The notes: generated by a model not told the origin, from the letters alone. DNA of 64,000 bases from Leptospira sp. (GCA_034439575.1 JAWXAQ010000012.1:64001-128000), one strand, 5' to 3'; positions 1 through 10,460 are shown, numbered from the stretch's first letter. Numbers and translations are program-made.

Positions 1-27
1 TCAGATTGTCTAATCGTATATATTCAC

Positions 28-999
28 TCATAAAGAAAAAATGGATGGTAAATATTTTTTAACAATAGCTGAGATAGATAAAATTAGAAATAGTCCCCAA
101 ATTAATTTGTGCAAATGGTTTTTATAATACTTTTGAGCATTAAAAGAATTTGTATTAGCACTTTTATACCAGAAGTTAATATAATATAGCTGATAAAGAT
201 AATAAAAGATAGAAACGACTGAGGCAGAAAATAAAAACTCATCATTTCTCCAAATAAATATACATAGTAACAATAAATAGGTGAATATAAGTAATTTTTG
301 GATTATTTTTCGAACACTTTCATTCCCCAAAATAGTTACAAATGTATTTTTGCCACCATCTCTATCACTTATTTCATCGCTCATGCCACTAGCAAGAGCG
401 CTTGTTAAGGCAAGCGTTGTGGACACAGAAATCAAAGCAAAAAATGATTTATCCCAAATCACATTTGTATGGAGATAATAATGAAAAGTTGGTAACATAG
501 TACCCACACCAATCATTTCCAAAAATTCTCCACCACCACGATAATTTAAACGTATAGGTGGCAGAGAATACGCAGCAAAAACAAAAATGCAGATCAAGGA
601 AAAGTATGTAAGATAGGGGATGTTTAAATAAGCTTCGGTAACTAAAGACAAAAGGACACAAAGTGTAGCAGATAAGATTCCCATTCTTAGAACTTCATTT
701 TTATTTAAAATTTGATCTGGAATGGTTTTCGGCGAACAGTCATTAGGAAATAACTGGCGTTTAATGGTATCTACTTGGATATCTGCATAGTCGTTTAATA
801 ATACAATATAGATTAATAAAAAAATTGTAAAAAATAATCCATAAAATATAATGAAAATATTTACTTCTTGAGAGACTAAAATCCCGTAAGATTGCCCAAA
901 AATGAAAGGGATAAGTAACTTGGGCCAACTCATAACTTTTAATGCATAGAGCCAACGCCGAAGGACACTCATTTTTTTTAATTTTTCTAATTCGCTCAA
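28..999 (-). CDS. UbiA-superfamily (MenA-like) membrane prenyltransferase, paralogue 1
   Basis: Multi-TM protein with Asp-rich motifs NDYAD and SDEISDRDGGKNT, plus MenA-like YSLPPIRLNYRGGGE. TTG start at 999; alternative ATG at 972. Confidence 0.85.
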   Translation of the reverse strand: MSELEKLKKMSVLRRWLYALKVMSWPKLLIPFIFGQSYGILVSQEVNIFIIFYGLFFTIFLLIYIVLLNDYADIQVDTIKRQLFPNDCSPKTIPDQILNKNEVLRMGILSATLCVLLSLVTEAYLNIPYLTYFSLICIFVFAAYSLPPIRLNYRGGGEFLEMIGVGTMLPTFHYYLHTNVIWDKSFFALISVSTTLALTSALASGMSDEISDRDGGKNTFVTILGNESVRKIIQKLLIFTYLLLLCIFIWRNDEFLFSASVVSIFYYLYQLYYINFWYKSANTNSFNAQKYYKNHLHKLIWGLFLILSISAIVKKYLPSIFSL

Positions 1000-1045
1000 A
1001 GGAAACTACTTTCGCTAAAATATCATTCAAAATTTAATTTCAATA

Positions 1046-1759
1046 GTGGTAAAGCAAGATACAACTAGTTTATTGAAAGTTCAAAATCTTTTTAAATCCT
1101 ATCAAAATTCCCTGGTCGTAAATTCGTTTAACCTGGACTTAGCGTCAGGATCAGTTTTGGGTTTACTTGGTCCAAATGGTGCAGGAAAATCTACCATTTT
1201 AAAAATGATCGCAGGCTTGGTACAGGCAGATAAAGGTGAGATAATTACATGTGAAAGAAATCAAATAGGTTATTGCCCACAAAATCCAGTATTTTGGAAA
1301 GGAATCACATGTGAAGAGCAATTAAAATTTACAGCTGATTTGTATCAAATTTCAAAAAAAAAATCCAAAGCTACGATTGACTTTTTAATGGATCAACTTT
1401 TTTTAAAAGATAAGAAGGATACTATCGCCGATCACTTGTCTGGTGGTATGCAAAAGAGACTAAATCTTGCATTAGCACTCATACATAATCCAAAATTGCT
1501 TCTATTAGACGAACCAACAGCAAACTTAGATATCCAAAGTAAGGAATATGTGAATCATTTATTGAATCATTTAATCAAAAATGAAAATATAACGGTTGTA
1601 TATGCATCTCATGATTTGGATGAAGTAGCGAGGATCGCTTCAAATATAATCATTCTAAATAAAGGAAACATTATTTATTCTAAAGAATTTTCTACCTTGG
1701 ACAATGATGAACTTAAATACAGTCAGTTAAAAAATCTTTACTCAAGTAATACTAAATAA
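1046..1759 (+). CDS. ABC transporter ATP-binding protein (ABC-2/exporter type)
   Basis: Walker A GPNGAGKST, signature LSGGMQ, Walker B LLLLDEP, H-loop SHD. Confidence 0.95.
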   Translation: MVKQDTTSLLKVQNLFKSYQNSLVVNSFNLDLASGSVLGLLGPNGAGKSTILKMIAGLVQADKGEIITCERNQIGYCPQNPVFWKGITCEEQLKFTADLYQISKKKSKATIDFLMDQLFLKDKKDTIADHLSGGMQKRLNLALALIHNPKLLLLDEPTANLDIQSKEYVNHLLNHLIKNENITVVYASHDLDEVARIASNIIILNKGNIIYSKEFSTLDNDELKYSQLKNLYSSNTK

Positions 1760-1771
1760 AGTATAGAAAGC

Positions 1772-2926
1772 ATGAGAGTTTTATCTATTTTTACTAGAGG
1801 AATTGTGCAAGCCACAAGAGATAAACTCACTCTTATATTAACTCTCTTTACGACCCCGTTATTTATTTTCTTCTATTGGTTCTTTTTAGGAACTAATCCA
1901 AAAATCAGTATAGGGTATTACATTGAAATTGATAGTGAGAATCCCATATATATAGCTGAAAAAAATTATATTTCAAAAATTTTCACCAAATGGGAAAAGG
2001 AGTCACCTGGAAATTTTAAGATTCAAAAGATTGAAACATTATCTGATTTTAAAAATAGAAAAAAAAACAATAATTTTGATATAAGTATCAATATCAAAAT
2101 CGAAAAATTGAACGAAGATCTTTCATTACCTAAAAAACAAAAGATCAATATCACCTTAGAAGATATCGCAGGAACTGAACATTCCGCAAATAGCTTGATA
2201 TTAGCCAAATTATTCTTAGATGATTATTTTTTAAACCAAAATGAAATTTATATTGTTAACGCGAGTTATTCGGTAGAAAAGAAAAATTCTAAAATACTGA
2301 ATCATACTTTTGCATTATTTGTTCCTGGTTTTTTAGTTTTTTCTGTAATGATGATTTTATTTTCTACTACAATTGCAGTTACCAATGAAATTGAATCTGG
2401 CGTTTTTTTAAGATATATTTTATCTGACACTCCCATATCTGAATTTCTTTTGGGGAATGGATTGGTTCAATTTTTTAATGCAGTGATTTCAATTATAATT
2501 TCAACCATTCTTGCTTCTTTGTTAGGTTTTGATTTTCAAGGAAAAATTTTTAGTACTATTATCATATGTATTTTGGGAGCCCTCGCTTGTATTGGCATTG
2601 GACTTTTTATTTCTGCTTTTATGAAATCCAGTAGCCAAGCATTTCTTAGTTCAAGTTTTGTTATGTTTATCTTACTTTTATTTTCTGGAATCGCTTTTCC
2701 TATGCCCGTTGCATGGATTGTTTTACCGGGTATAGAAAAAATAAACTTTTTTAGTTTGTTACCGACTTCTTTGCTAAAAAATAGTCTAGAATTGTTATTG
2801 TTTTCAAATAAAAATCTAGCGGATCTGATTCAAAATATATTATTGTTAACTGGTTCTATGCTTTTTTATTTTACAGCCGGTGTTTTGTTTTTTAAACGTA
2901 TATATAAAGTTAGGTTAAATTTATGA
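1772..2926 (+). CDS. ABC-2 type transporter permease
   Basis: One N-terminal TM, a large extracytoplasmic loop, then several TMs. EIESGVFLRY resembles the ABC-2 E-x-x-x-G motif. Directly follows the ATPase. Confidence 0.85.
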   Translation: MRVLSIFTRGIVQATRDKLTLILTLFTTPLFIFFYWFFLGTNPKISIGYYIEIDSENPIYIAEKNYISKIFTKWEKESPGNFKIQKIETLSDFKNRKKNNNFDISINIKIEKLNEDLSLPKKQKINITLEDIAGTEHSANSLILAKLFLDDYFLNQNEIYIVNASYSVEKKNSKILNHTFALFVPGFLVFSVMMILFSTTIAVTNEIESGVFLRYILSDTPISEFLLGNGLVQFFNAVISIIISTILASLLGFDFQGKIFSTIIICILGALACIGIGLFISAFMKSSSQAFLSSSFVMFILLLFSGIAFPMPVAWIVLPGIEKINFFSLLPTSLLKNSLELLLFSNKNLADLIQNILLLTGSMLFYFTAGVLFFKRIYKVRLNL

Positions 2927-3816
2927 ATACTATTTTTTCATGGCTACAAGCTGCGAGAATTCCTTCACAATCCTATATCTTTATACCTTTGTTACTCGGA
3001 CAGACAATTTCATATGTTCAAAATAATGAATGGAATTGGACTTATTTTATATTAATTCATGCCTTTGGTCTTTTTATGCAATTGTATATTATATTTGCTA
3101 ATGATTATGCAGATTTTGAAACTGATTTAAAAAACAAAACGGCTACTATTTTTTCGGGTGGCTCAAGAGTTCTTGTCCAAGGAAAAATCAAAAAGTCTAC
3201 GTTATTGAAAGCCGCTAAAGTTATGGCTCTATTGTCATTCATTGTGAGTATTTTTCTTTCTTTTTATCACTTTAATTATTTAATCGTTGTTTTGTGTTTA
3301 ACTGGTCTACTGCTTTTAAACCAATATTCTTATCCGCCTTTAAAGCTTTCTTATCGTGGGGGAGGAGAACTCTTGCAGATGTTAGGTGTTGGCTTGGTAT
3401 TGCCAATATTTGGATATCTCGGCCAATTTGGCGAAATGAAAAATTTTCCTATTGAGATTTTTGCCTTTCTATTGCCTATTAATTTGTCTTGCGCGATCGC
3501 CACTTCTCTACCTGACGAACCTTCTGATAACGAAAGTCATAAGCGTACGATTGTTGTTGTATATGGTTCAAATTGTGCAAAAATAATAATTATTCTTTTA
3601 GAAATATTTGCTTTCGTTTATTATATGCTTACATTGAATGAGCCATTCAATTCAATCACAATCTATAAAATTCCTGGCATCTTAATACTGGTTAGTTTAT
3701 TCTTTTTTCATTCCAAACCAGGTTCAGTCTTTATTTCTATTTTTGTTTTTTTCTCAATAGCTGTAAATTTGAGCATTCAATGTATTTTGATCCTTCAAAA
3801 TCTTCGTCTAATATAA
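2923..3816 (+). CDS. UbiA-superfamily (MenA-like) membrane prenyltransferase, paralogue 2
   Basis: WLQAAR N-terminus, NDYADFETD, FSGGSRVL, YSYPPLKLSYRGGGE, PDEPSDNESHKRT. ATGA overlap with the permease. Confidence 0.88.
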   Translation: MNTIFSWLQAARIPSQSYIFIPLLLGQTISYVQNNEWNWTYFILIHAFGLFMQLYIIFANDYADFETDLKNKTATIFSGGSRVLVQGKIKKSTLLKAAKVMALLSFIVSIFLSFYHFNYLIVVLCLTGLLLLNQYSYPPLKLSYRGGGELLQMLGVGLVLPIFGYLGQFGEMKNFPIEIFAFLLPINLSCAIATSLPDEPSDNESHKRTIVVVYGSNCAKIIIILLEIFAFVYYMLTLNEPFNSITIYKIPGILILVSLFFFHSKPGSVFISIFVFFSIAVNLSIQCILILQNLRLI

Positions 3817-3822
3817 AAATAC

Positions 3823-4521
3823 ATGCGCTTTTCCTTATTAAATTATAATTTCCTAATTTTATCTATTCTCTTTTTGATTCCAGGAAGTTTGATATATTTC
3901 TTTCGTAAAGATTTGCGAAATATGTTAAACATTGTTGCCTTATCATCAATTCCATTTGCATTCACCGAATTTTTATTTTATCCGAGTTATTGGGAACCTA
4001 AATTTCTTTGGAACTTGGTTAATCTAATTGGATTTGGAATAGAGGATATTATTTTTGTCATCGGCCTATCGGCATTTAGTTCTTCGTCATTTGCAGTTAC
4101 TTTCCAAAAAAAATTAACTCCGTGTTCAAAAGGAATATTAAATTCAAATCAAATTTTAATTTCAATTTTCATATTATACTTAATCACAATTTTCTTATTT
4201 ATTAAATTTAAAATTCATCTGATATTTGGAGCCCCGATTTTGATGTTAGGTTCAGGTATTTTTATGATTTTAAGACGAAGTGATTTGTTATTTCCTGGAA
4301 TTTTTGGTGGTTTGATTACCATGACAGTTTACTCTTTGTTATGTTTTGCATTGCTTCAGATTTATCCGAGTATTTTTGAACTTACTTGGCACACTGAAAA
4401 ATTTTTAAATACTAAAATATTCCACATTCCCTTAGAAGAATTAATTTATGCATTTAGCTCTGGATTTATTGCTACACTTTTTTATCCCTATGTATTCTCT
4501 TTCAGATACATTTCTTTTTGA
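3823..4521 (+). CDS. Lycopene cyclase domain-containing membrane protein (CrtYc/Yd-like, two internal repeats)
   Basis: Highly hydrophobic, with two related motifs: YW...GFGIEDIIF and TW...HIPLEELIY. These resemble the PxEE motif of heterodimeric/fused lycopene cyclases. Confidence 0.65.
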   Translation: MRFSLLNYNFLILSILFLIPGSLIYFFRKDLRNMLNIVALSSIPFAFTEFLFYPSYWEPKFLWNLVNLIGFGIEDIIFVIGLSAFSSSSFAVTFQKKLTPCSKGILNSNQILISIFILYLITIFLFIKFKIHLIFGAPILMLGSGIFMILRRSDLLFPGIFGGLITMTVYSLLCFALLQIYPSIFELTWHTEKFLNTKIFHIPLEELIYAFSSGFIATLFYPYVFSFRYISF

Positions 4522-4565
4522 ATTGCCAAATGTAGAATGTTTATGGGAATCTCAATAAACAAATC

Positions 4566-6089
4566 ATGATGGATTTAAATGAACTCATCCGGACACTCGA
4601 AGCACTCGCGAATGACCCCGATTCCTTAACAAAAATTCCAGAGGAGCAAAGGCTCAAGCTAATGATCGCGGCAGGTAAAGTCTCTCGACCCGAAAGAAAT
4701 GAGATACGAAAAAGAAATCGGACAATCAAAACAAATAGAAAAAAAGAACAAATAAATGAAGAAAAAAAGGTTCGTGCTCTAACTGGAATAAGGTTAGCGC
4801 GGACTGAAACAGTATTTAAAGCTCCCTTACAAATAGCCGCGAGTACGAGTTCATGGTCTTGGGAAACTGCATCAGAATTAAAATCACCTAGAAATTGTTA
4901 TATCTGTAAAAAAGAATTTATCAAGTTGCATTTTTTTTACGACACAATGTGCAAAGAGTGTGCCGAACTTAATTACGCAAAAAGATACAATTCAGCACCT
5001 TTAGAAGGTAAGGTTGCTGTTATCACTGGTTCACGACTTAAAATTGGATATCAAGCCACACTCATGTTACTTCGTGCAGGTGCCAACGTAATAGCAACGA
5101 CAAGGTTTCCCATTGATTCAGCGATTCGTTTTTCCAAGGAAGAAGATTATTTTTCTTGGAAAGATAGACTTCAGATTTTTGGACTAGATCTCAGGCATAC
5201 TCCAAGTGTAGAAATATTTTGTGCTTATTTAGAGGAATATTTAAGTCGATTGGACATACTTGTAAATAATGCAGCTCAAACTGTTAGGCGACCTCCTGGT
5301 TTTTATAATCATCTAATGGTTCAAGAGAATAGACCTATCAGAGAACTCGAACCAAGGGTAAGGAATCTTTTACAGTTCTATGAAAGATGTCTTAATCAAT
5401 TGAATGATGTTGCAGATTCGGAAAATTTAGCCAAGGAAATAGCCTTGCCTGTTAGTTGGACCGGGAAATTGCCTGGAATTGGTATAAGATCGTCTGCGGC
5501 TCTCGCCATGATACCTTATTCACATGACAACTCACATGAGTTAGAAGCTGTGTTTCCTGAGGGGAAACTGGATGCTGATTTGCAACAGGTTGATCTTCGT
5601 AAAACAAATAGTTGGAGATTGAAACTAGGTGAAATTAATACTTCTGAAATGTTAGAAGTCCAATTGGTAAATGCTGTCGCGCCATTTGTCTTATGTAATC
5701 GATTGGTTTCCATTATGCGAAGAGACAATACAGGACAAAAGCATATTATTAATGTTTCCGCCATGGAAGGGAAGTTTCACAGGTTCAAAAAAGAAGATCG
5801 TCATCCTCATACCAATATGGCAAAGGCCGCCTTGAATATGTTGACTCATACTTCTGCGAGTGATTTTGCCAAAGATGGCATTTATATGAATGCCGTTGAT
5901 ACAGGTTGGGTGACTGATGAAGATCCTATGGAACTCTCTTTGAAAAAACAAGAGTTACATGATTTCCAACCTCCACTCGATATTGTGGATGGTGCTGCAA
6001 GAGTTCTTGATCCTTTATTTGACGGTATCAACACAGGTAAACACTGGATGGGAAAATTTCTCAAAGATTACTTTCCAATTGATTGGTAG
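4566..6089 (+). CDS. SDR-family oxidoreductase with N-terminal CxxC...CxxC putative Zn-binding region
   Basis: CYICK...CKEC, then [10 protein letters not shown] (Rossmann-like), [25 protein letters not shown] and MNAVDTGWV. Confidence 0.85.
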   Translation: MMDLNELIRTLEALANDPDSLTKIPEEQRLKLMIAAGKVSRPERNEIRKRNRTIKTNRKKEQINEEKKVRALTGIRLARTETVFKAPLQIAASTSSWSWETASELKSPRNCYICKKEFIKLHFFYDTMCKECAELNYAKRYNSAPLEGKVAVITGSRLKIGYQATLMLLRAGANVIATTRFPIDSAIRFSKEEDYFSWKDRLQIFGLDLRHTPSVEIFCAYLEEYLSRLDILVNNAAQTVRRPPGFYNHLMVQENRPIRELEPRVRNLLQFYERCLNQLNDVADSENLAKEIALPVSWTGKLPGIGIRSSAALAMIPYSHDNSHELEAVFPEGKLDADLQQVDLRKTNSWRLKLGEINTSEMLEVQLVNAVAPFVLCNRLVSIMRRDNTGQKHIINVSAMEGKFHRFKKEDRHPHTNMAKAALNMLTHTSASDFAKDGIYMNAVDTGWVTDEDPMELSLKKQELHDFQPPLDIVDGAARVLDPLFDGINTGKHWMGKFLKDYFPIDW

Positions 6090-6576
6090 AATAGCACTTA
6101 TCACTTTGACGCACAATCTCCATTTCCCCACCACTTCCCAAAAGTAGACTCTTTAACCCTTCGCTAAATCTTACGTTACCTAGAAAGCTAATTTCGTCTA
6201 AATACAACTGACTCCACTTAGGTGACACATAAGAGTAACTCCTAAATGACTGTTTTAATAAATTATTTCTAGCTTCAGCACCATTAGATGTTACACCTTG
6301 CTTAGTTATCCACCTTTCCCTACTTAGGTTATACCTTGGATCATTACTTCTCTTAGAATGATTGACCATTTTATGATTCTTTCTATCCCAAATGAACGTA
6401 TAACCTTCATCAGTAAATAGAATTGTATTCTTAGGATTCTTTTCATCTAAATCTTTTCCTAAGTATTCTTGATTGTTAAGTGGTATGCTTTTATAAAAAG
6501 TCATTCCGTGATTAATACCTACAGTATGGACTAAGACAACTGCCAGTAAATCACCTAACGAATTGGAAAGGTATAA
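6061..6576 (-). pseudogene. 5'-truncated IS1595-family (ISXO2-like) transposase remnant
   Basis: Motifs FTDEGY, VNHSK, TSNGAEARNNLLK and YVSPKWSQLYLDE. The frame stays open upstream of the 6504 ATG (LYLSNSLGD...LVHTVG) up to a TAA at 6577-6579. The N-terminal Zn-ribbon/HTH half is absent. Confidence 0.75.
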
Positions 6577-6751
6577 TTAAAACCTTTTTTGGGCTAGGTT
6601 ACAATAGCTTTGTAAGGGCATTCCAATGATTTGGATTGCATACTTTGTAAGTAATACATTTATTTGCTTTGATTTCGGTGAAGTGCTGAGTTTATTATTT
6701 CTTTATTTTTATATTGATATTTTCGATGCTCATTGAAACTTATAAGAGCAG

Positions 6752-7813
6752 ATGTTAATTTTTTTCTTATTCAGAATTCTTTTTTTTTTAGTTATTATTT
6801 CTCATTTGTTTGCTTGTCAACCAGCTAAATTAGAAAATTCATGTGACCCGAAAGCATTTAATAAACGTATAGAATTGCTCCTATTACAGAATTATTTTCG
6901 AAGCCAAATCGGTTTTTGTGGAGAAAGAATCAGTGGACTCTACAGCTCAGATTCGGGGTCAGAGACAGGTGTTCCAGGATTCTCACTTAGTCAAACCGCT
7001 GGTACAGTATCCGAGAGCGGTATTAGCCTAAGTGTTGGTTCATCCTTTACGATTAACATTGTACTTAACACGAAGCCAACGCAAAATGTTTTGTTTACGA
7101 TGACATCCACGAACACATCTTATGGTTTGGTATCTCCTTCCACTCTTACTTTCAATTCTGGAAATTGGAATACTAAACAAGAATTTAGAGTAACTGGTGT
7201 TAATAATGCAATTATAGATGGTACACGAAACTTTCAAATTACGATTGATCCATCAGTAAGTTCTGATCCAAATTATTCCGCATTAAATAACAAATTCATA
7301 AGCATGTCGATTACAGATAATGATAAGAAAATTTTTCAAACTACAACTACACACCAAGGAAGTTTAGGCGGGGTAGCAGGGGCGGATACTATTTGTCAAA
7401 CTGATGCTGGTTGTGCGAGTGGCAAAGTCTGCAAGGCTATCATTGCGGATCGCGCCGGATCTCGGATTGCCTCTGTAACTCCAGATGTTGGAGACGGACA
7501 AGTGAATTGGATACTTACTCCCTTCGCACACTATTATCAGTCAAATGGAACTTCTTTGATTTCAAATACTAACGCTAATTCACTTTTAGTCTTTCCATTT
7601 ACAAATTTTGTTGCGGCTACACTCACACCATGGAGTGGGTTCATCGATGATGGCCAGTGGGAGGCAAGTACAAATCACTGTCTTTCTTGGACTTCCAATA
7701 ATGTTGGAGATAACGGTGGAGAATTCATTAGCTCAGGCACGACAATGAGTGCATTCTTTGGACCATTTAATAGCTGTAATAATACTTTTCCGTTACTTTG
7801 TGCAGAACAATGA
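6752..7813 (+). CDS. DUF1554 (endostatin-like, Len-family) lipoprotein with an Ig/Calx-beta-like middle domain
   Basis: Spirochaetal lipobox LFAC (Cys22), LENSCDP, VSPSTLTFNSGNWNT beta-domain and GGVAGADTICQ. Cys-rich C-terminus ending LLCAEQ. Confidence 0.8.
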   Translation: MLIFFLFRILFFLVIISHLFACQPAKLENSCDPKAFNKRIELLLLQNYFRSQIGFCGERISGLYSSDSGSETGVPGFSLSQTAGTVSESGISLSVGSSFTINIVLNTKPTQNVLFTMTSTNTSYGLVSPSTLTFNSGNWNTKQEFRVTGVNNAIIDGTRNFQITIDPSVSSDPNYSALNNKFISMSITDNDKKIFQTTTTHQGSLGGVAGADTICQTDAGCASGKVCKAIIADRAGSRIASVTPDVGDGQVNWILTPFAHYYQSNGTSLISNTNANSLLVFPFTNFVAATLTPWSGFIDDGQWEASTNHCLSWTSNNVGDNGGEFISSGTTMSAFFGPFNSCNNTFPLLCAEQ

Positions 7814-8224
7814 TCCCGTTTTACGAAAAGATAATTCTTATATTGATTGAAGCGGTGGGATCGGGTATATTAACAATGATTCCTCTAGATAACAAATCCG
7901 AGGCGCCCTTGAGGCAAATTGGTAAAGAAGCAAGCTTGTTTCGGTTATGCGAAATCTTAGATTTGAATAGCAACATTAGTATAGTAACTAAGGGCGTATT
8001 TTCATGAAAACACCTTGACTATTATTTCCATAAGGATATGAATTTGAAATTGAATTACCTGTAGTGGAATATTGGAATTTTGTATTGTCACAGAATTGCC
8101 CATCAATGAATAGTTTTTCTTACGGGCCGATCCTTTTGTTTGGTTACAAATTTAGACTTCAAATTTCCAATATCGGTTTTAACAAAATTTGTTTTCGTCC
8201 AAGCCGTTGGAGACGGTAAATTTT

Positions 8225-8971
8225 ATGATAATCATACCTATTCCGGAAGAGGATTTTGATCCTTCAGAAACAAGTATCCCTTGGAAAATATTAACAAATC
8301 ACCAAATCAAAGTTCAATTTTCAACTCCGAATGGAAAACCTGGACATGCAGATGAACGAATGTTGAAAGGCACAGGATTGGGTATATTAAAAAAATCGCT
8401 AATGGCAAATTCGGATGCACTTGCCTGTTATGCGGAAATGGAAAAAGATATAAGTTTTTTAAATCCGATTCCTTATGATCAAATCAAAGAAGAACAATTC
8501 GCGGGTATGATTTTACCAGGTGGACATGCAAAAGGTATGAAACCTTATTTGGAATCTAAAGTATTGCAAAATTTGATTGTAAAGTTTTTTAAGAATAATA
8601 AACCAGTCGGAGCTATTTGTCATGGTGTGTTGCTCGTGGCAAGGAGCATCGACCCAAACACGAATCTTTCGATTTTGAACGACTATCATACGACTTCCTT
8701 ACTCAAAAGACAAGAGTTGTTGGCTTATCATTTAACAAGACTTTGGCTTGGAGATTATTATTTAACCTATCCTATTACTGTTGAAGATGAAATTAAAACA
8801 TTCTTAAAAGAAAAAGATCAGTTTCACCGAGGAAATATTGGACTTATTAGAGATTCAGAACATAATCTAAATTCTGGTTTTACGGTTTTAGATCGTAACT
8901 TTCTCTCTGCTAGGTGGCCAGGGGATGCACATAAATTTTCATATGATTTTATAAATTTATTGAATCACTAG
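8225..8971 (+). CDS. DJ-1/PfpI (ThiJ) family protein, class I glutamine amidotransferase-like
   Basis: DFDPSE, LPGGH, nucleophile elbow AICHG, SARWPGD. ATG at 8225 preferred over TTG at 8189. Confidence 0.88.
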   Translation: MIIIPIPEEDFDPSETSIPWKILTNHQIKVQFSTPNGKPGHADERMLKGTGLGILKKSLMANSDALACYAEMEKDISFLNPIPYDQIKEEQFAGMILPGGHAKGMKPYLESKVLQNLIVKFFKNNKPVGAICHGVLLVARSIDPNTNLSILNDYHTTSLLKRQELLAYHLTRLWLGDYYLTYPITVEDEIKTFLKEKDQFHRGNIGLIRDSEHNLNSGFTVLDRNFLSARWPGDAHKFSYDFINLLNH

Positions 8972-10460
8972 AAAGATTTGCAACTTTCATCGCCAGTTTT
9001 TGATTCTTGTGAAAATCATCCCCACTTTCTGGATCTCGATTTAAAAGATAGTTTTGAACCGATGGTGCGAAAAAAAGTGCAATGACTGAGTTAAAATTTT
9101 CGGCACCTTTTTTGGTGAGCGAAAGGCAATGATTTGGATAAGGTATATTTTTATCTAAATATAATTCAGATCCATTCGTAGAATTTGTATATGCCATATA
9201 ATCGTTTTCTAATACATATTTCACTGTTTTCGGATAAAATTCTTCTAAGGAAATTTTAAATTTTTCTTTAAAGGCAAAAAGATTGATTTCTCCAAAATAA
9301 AAACTAACGGCAATCATTTTCGCCGTCATTTGAATTTTTGGTAAATGGTATAAATCTTGAATTGGGAGAATTTTTGAATTCGTTTTATTCAAGTAAGGTG
9401 AAAGATTTTTACCAATAGAACCAGCATTATAGGAAATTGTATTATCAGTAAAACTTTGTGCGCCAAGGCCTAGACCTAAATAGGATCTACCTTGGATGAC
9501 ACGTTTTGTCAAATAAGTGCTTGTTCCTGTATCGTTTTTGATTCGTACATATGTATTTTTACCAGGATTGGCAAAATATCCAGCATCGTTTAGTATTAGC
9601 TTGGCGAGATTCGCTTGATCTTTGACTTTTTGCAGATCTACTAAATGCGCCTGATCTGATATCCGAGTCAATTTGTAACGCATTCTATACAGTGTGATAT
9701 ATTCAGGGGCGAGTGCAATGGTATGACGCAGAGTATGTTCGAGAGATGTAAGAGATTGGTTCGCAAATCCATACATGATATCCAGGTTTATTTTTTGAAA
9801 ACCTGCGACACGCATATGTTCCATTGCAGTTTTATGATGATTAATTCCATTTTCACTTCTACCTAAAATTTTCAAGAGATCTGGCTCAGTCACTTGCAAG
9901 CCCATACTGATTCTACGAATTCCCGTGATGTAATAAGCTTTTATTTTTTCAGGTTCCAAACTTGCAATTTTGGGAGTGGTTTCTATACTGATTTCACAAT
10001 CTTCACTTATATTAAAATATTGATTAACATCCGCTATGTGTTTTTCAATTAAACTCGATTCTAAAAAAGAAGGAGTTCCACCTCCAATATCAAAACCAAC
10101 TATCTTTTTTTTCCCAATCAGCTCTCTATACAATTGTAGTTCATGTTTTAAACCTAACATATATTCGTTAGTTTGATCTAATTCTTTTTTTGCTACAACA
10201 GTATATTCACAAAAGTAACATCTTGTTTCGCAAAACGGAATATGTGTATAAAGATTAATTTCATTCAAGTGAGAGAATGACTTTTCAATCGTATTTTGAA
10301 TATTCTCTTGTTTAACTCTGTAGGATTTCCAAGTTTCATCATGCGCAATGGGGTAAGCTGTATTCGATATATGATGGTTTCTTTCTCCACTTGTAAAAAT
10401 AGATGAACAATCATAATTTTTAGAATCAGAAGTATCAGGTTCTGGCCAATTTGGAATCAT
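8949..10460 (-). CDS. HemN-like radical SAM protein
   Basis: LYTHIPFCETRCYFC (CxxxCxxC), GGGTPS, RISMGLQ, INLDIMYG, YLGLGLGAQS. Confidence 0.88.
   Translation of the reverse strand: MIPNWPEPDTSDSKNYDCSSIFTSGERNHHISNTAYPIAHDETWKSYRVKQENIQNTIEKSFSHLNEINLYTHIPFCETRCYFCEYTVVAKKELDQTNEYMLGLKHELQLYRELIGKKKIVGFDIGGGTPSFLESSLIEKHIADVNQYFNISEDCEISIETTPKIASLEPEKIKAYYITGIRRISMGLQVTEPDLLKILGRSENGINHHKTAMEHMRVAGFQKINLDIMYGFANQSLTSLEHTLRHTIALAPEYITLYRMRYKLTRISDQAHLVDLQKVKDQANLAKLILNDAGYFANPGKNTYVRIKNDTGTSTYLTKRVIQGRSYLGLGLGAQSFTDNTISYNAGSIGKNLSPYLNKTNSKILPIQDLYHLPKIQMTAKMIAVSFYFGEINLFAFKEKFKISLEEFYPKTVKYVLENDYMAYTNSTNGSELYLDKNIPYPNHCLSLTKKGAENFNSVIALFFAPSVQNYLLNRDPESGDDFHKNQKLAMKVANLSSDSINL

Noticed and set aside
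7798-8007. 69-aa ORF after the Len-like gene
   Set aside because: No SD or recognisable family. I cannot support it as coding, although an ATG at 7810 overlaps the upstream stop.
28-10460. One pathway linking the MenA-like pair to the HemN-like enzyme as a MenK-type menaquinone methylase
   Set aside because: The genes are separated by an IS remnant, a lipoprotein and DJ-1, and no MenK-specific feature could be verified by eye.
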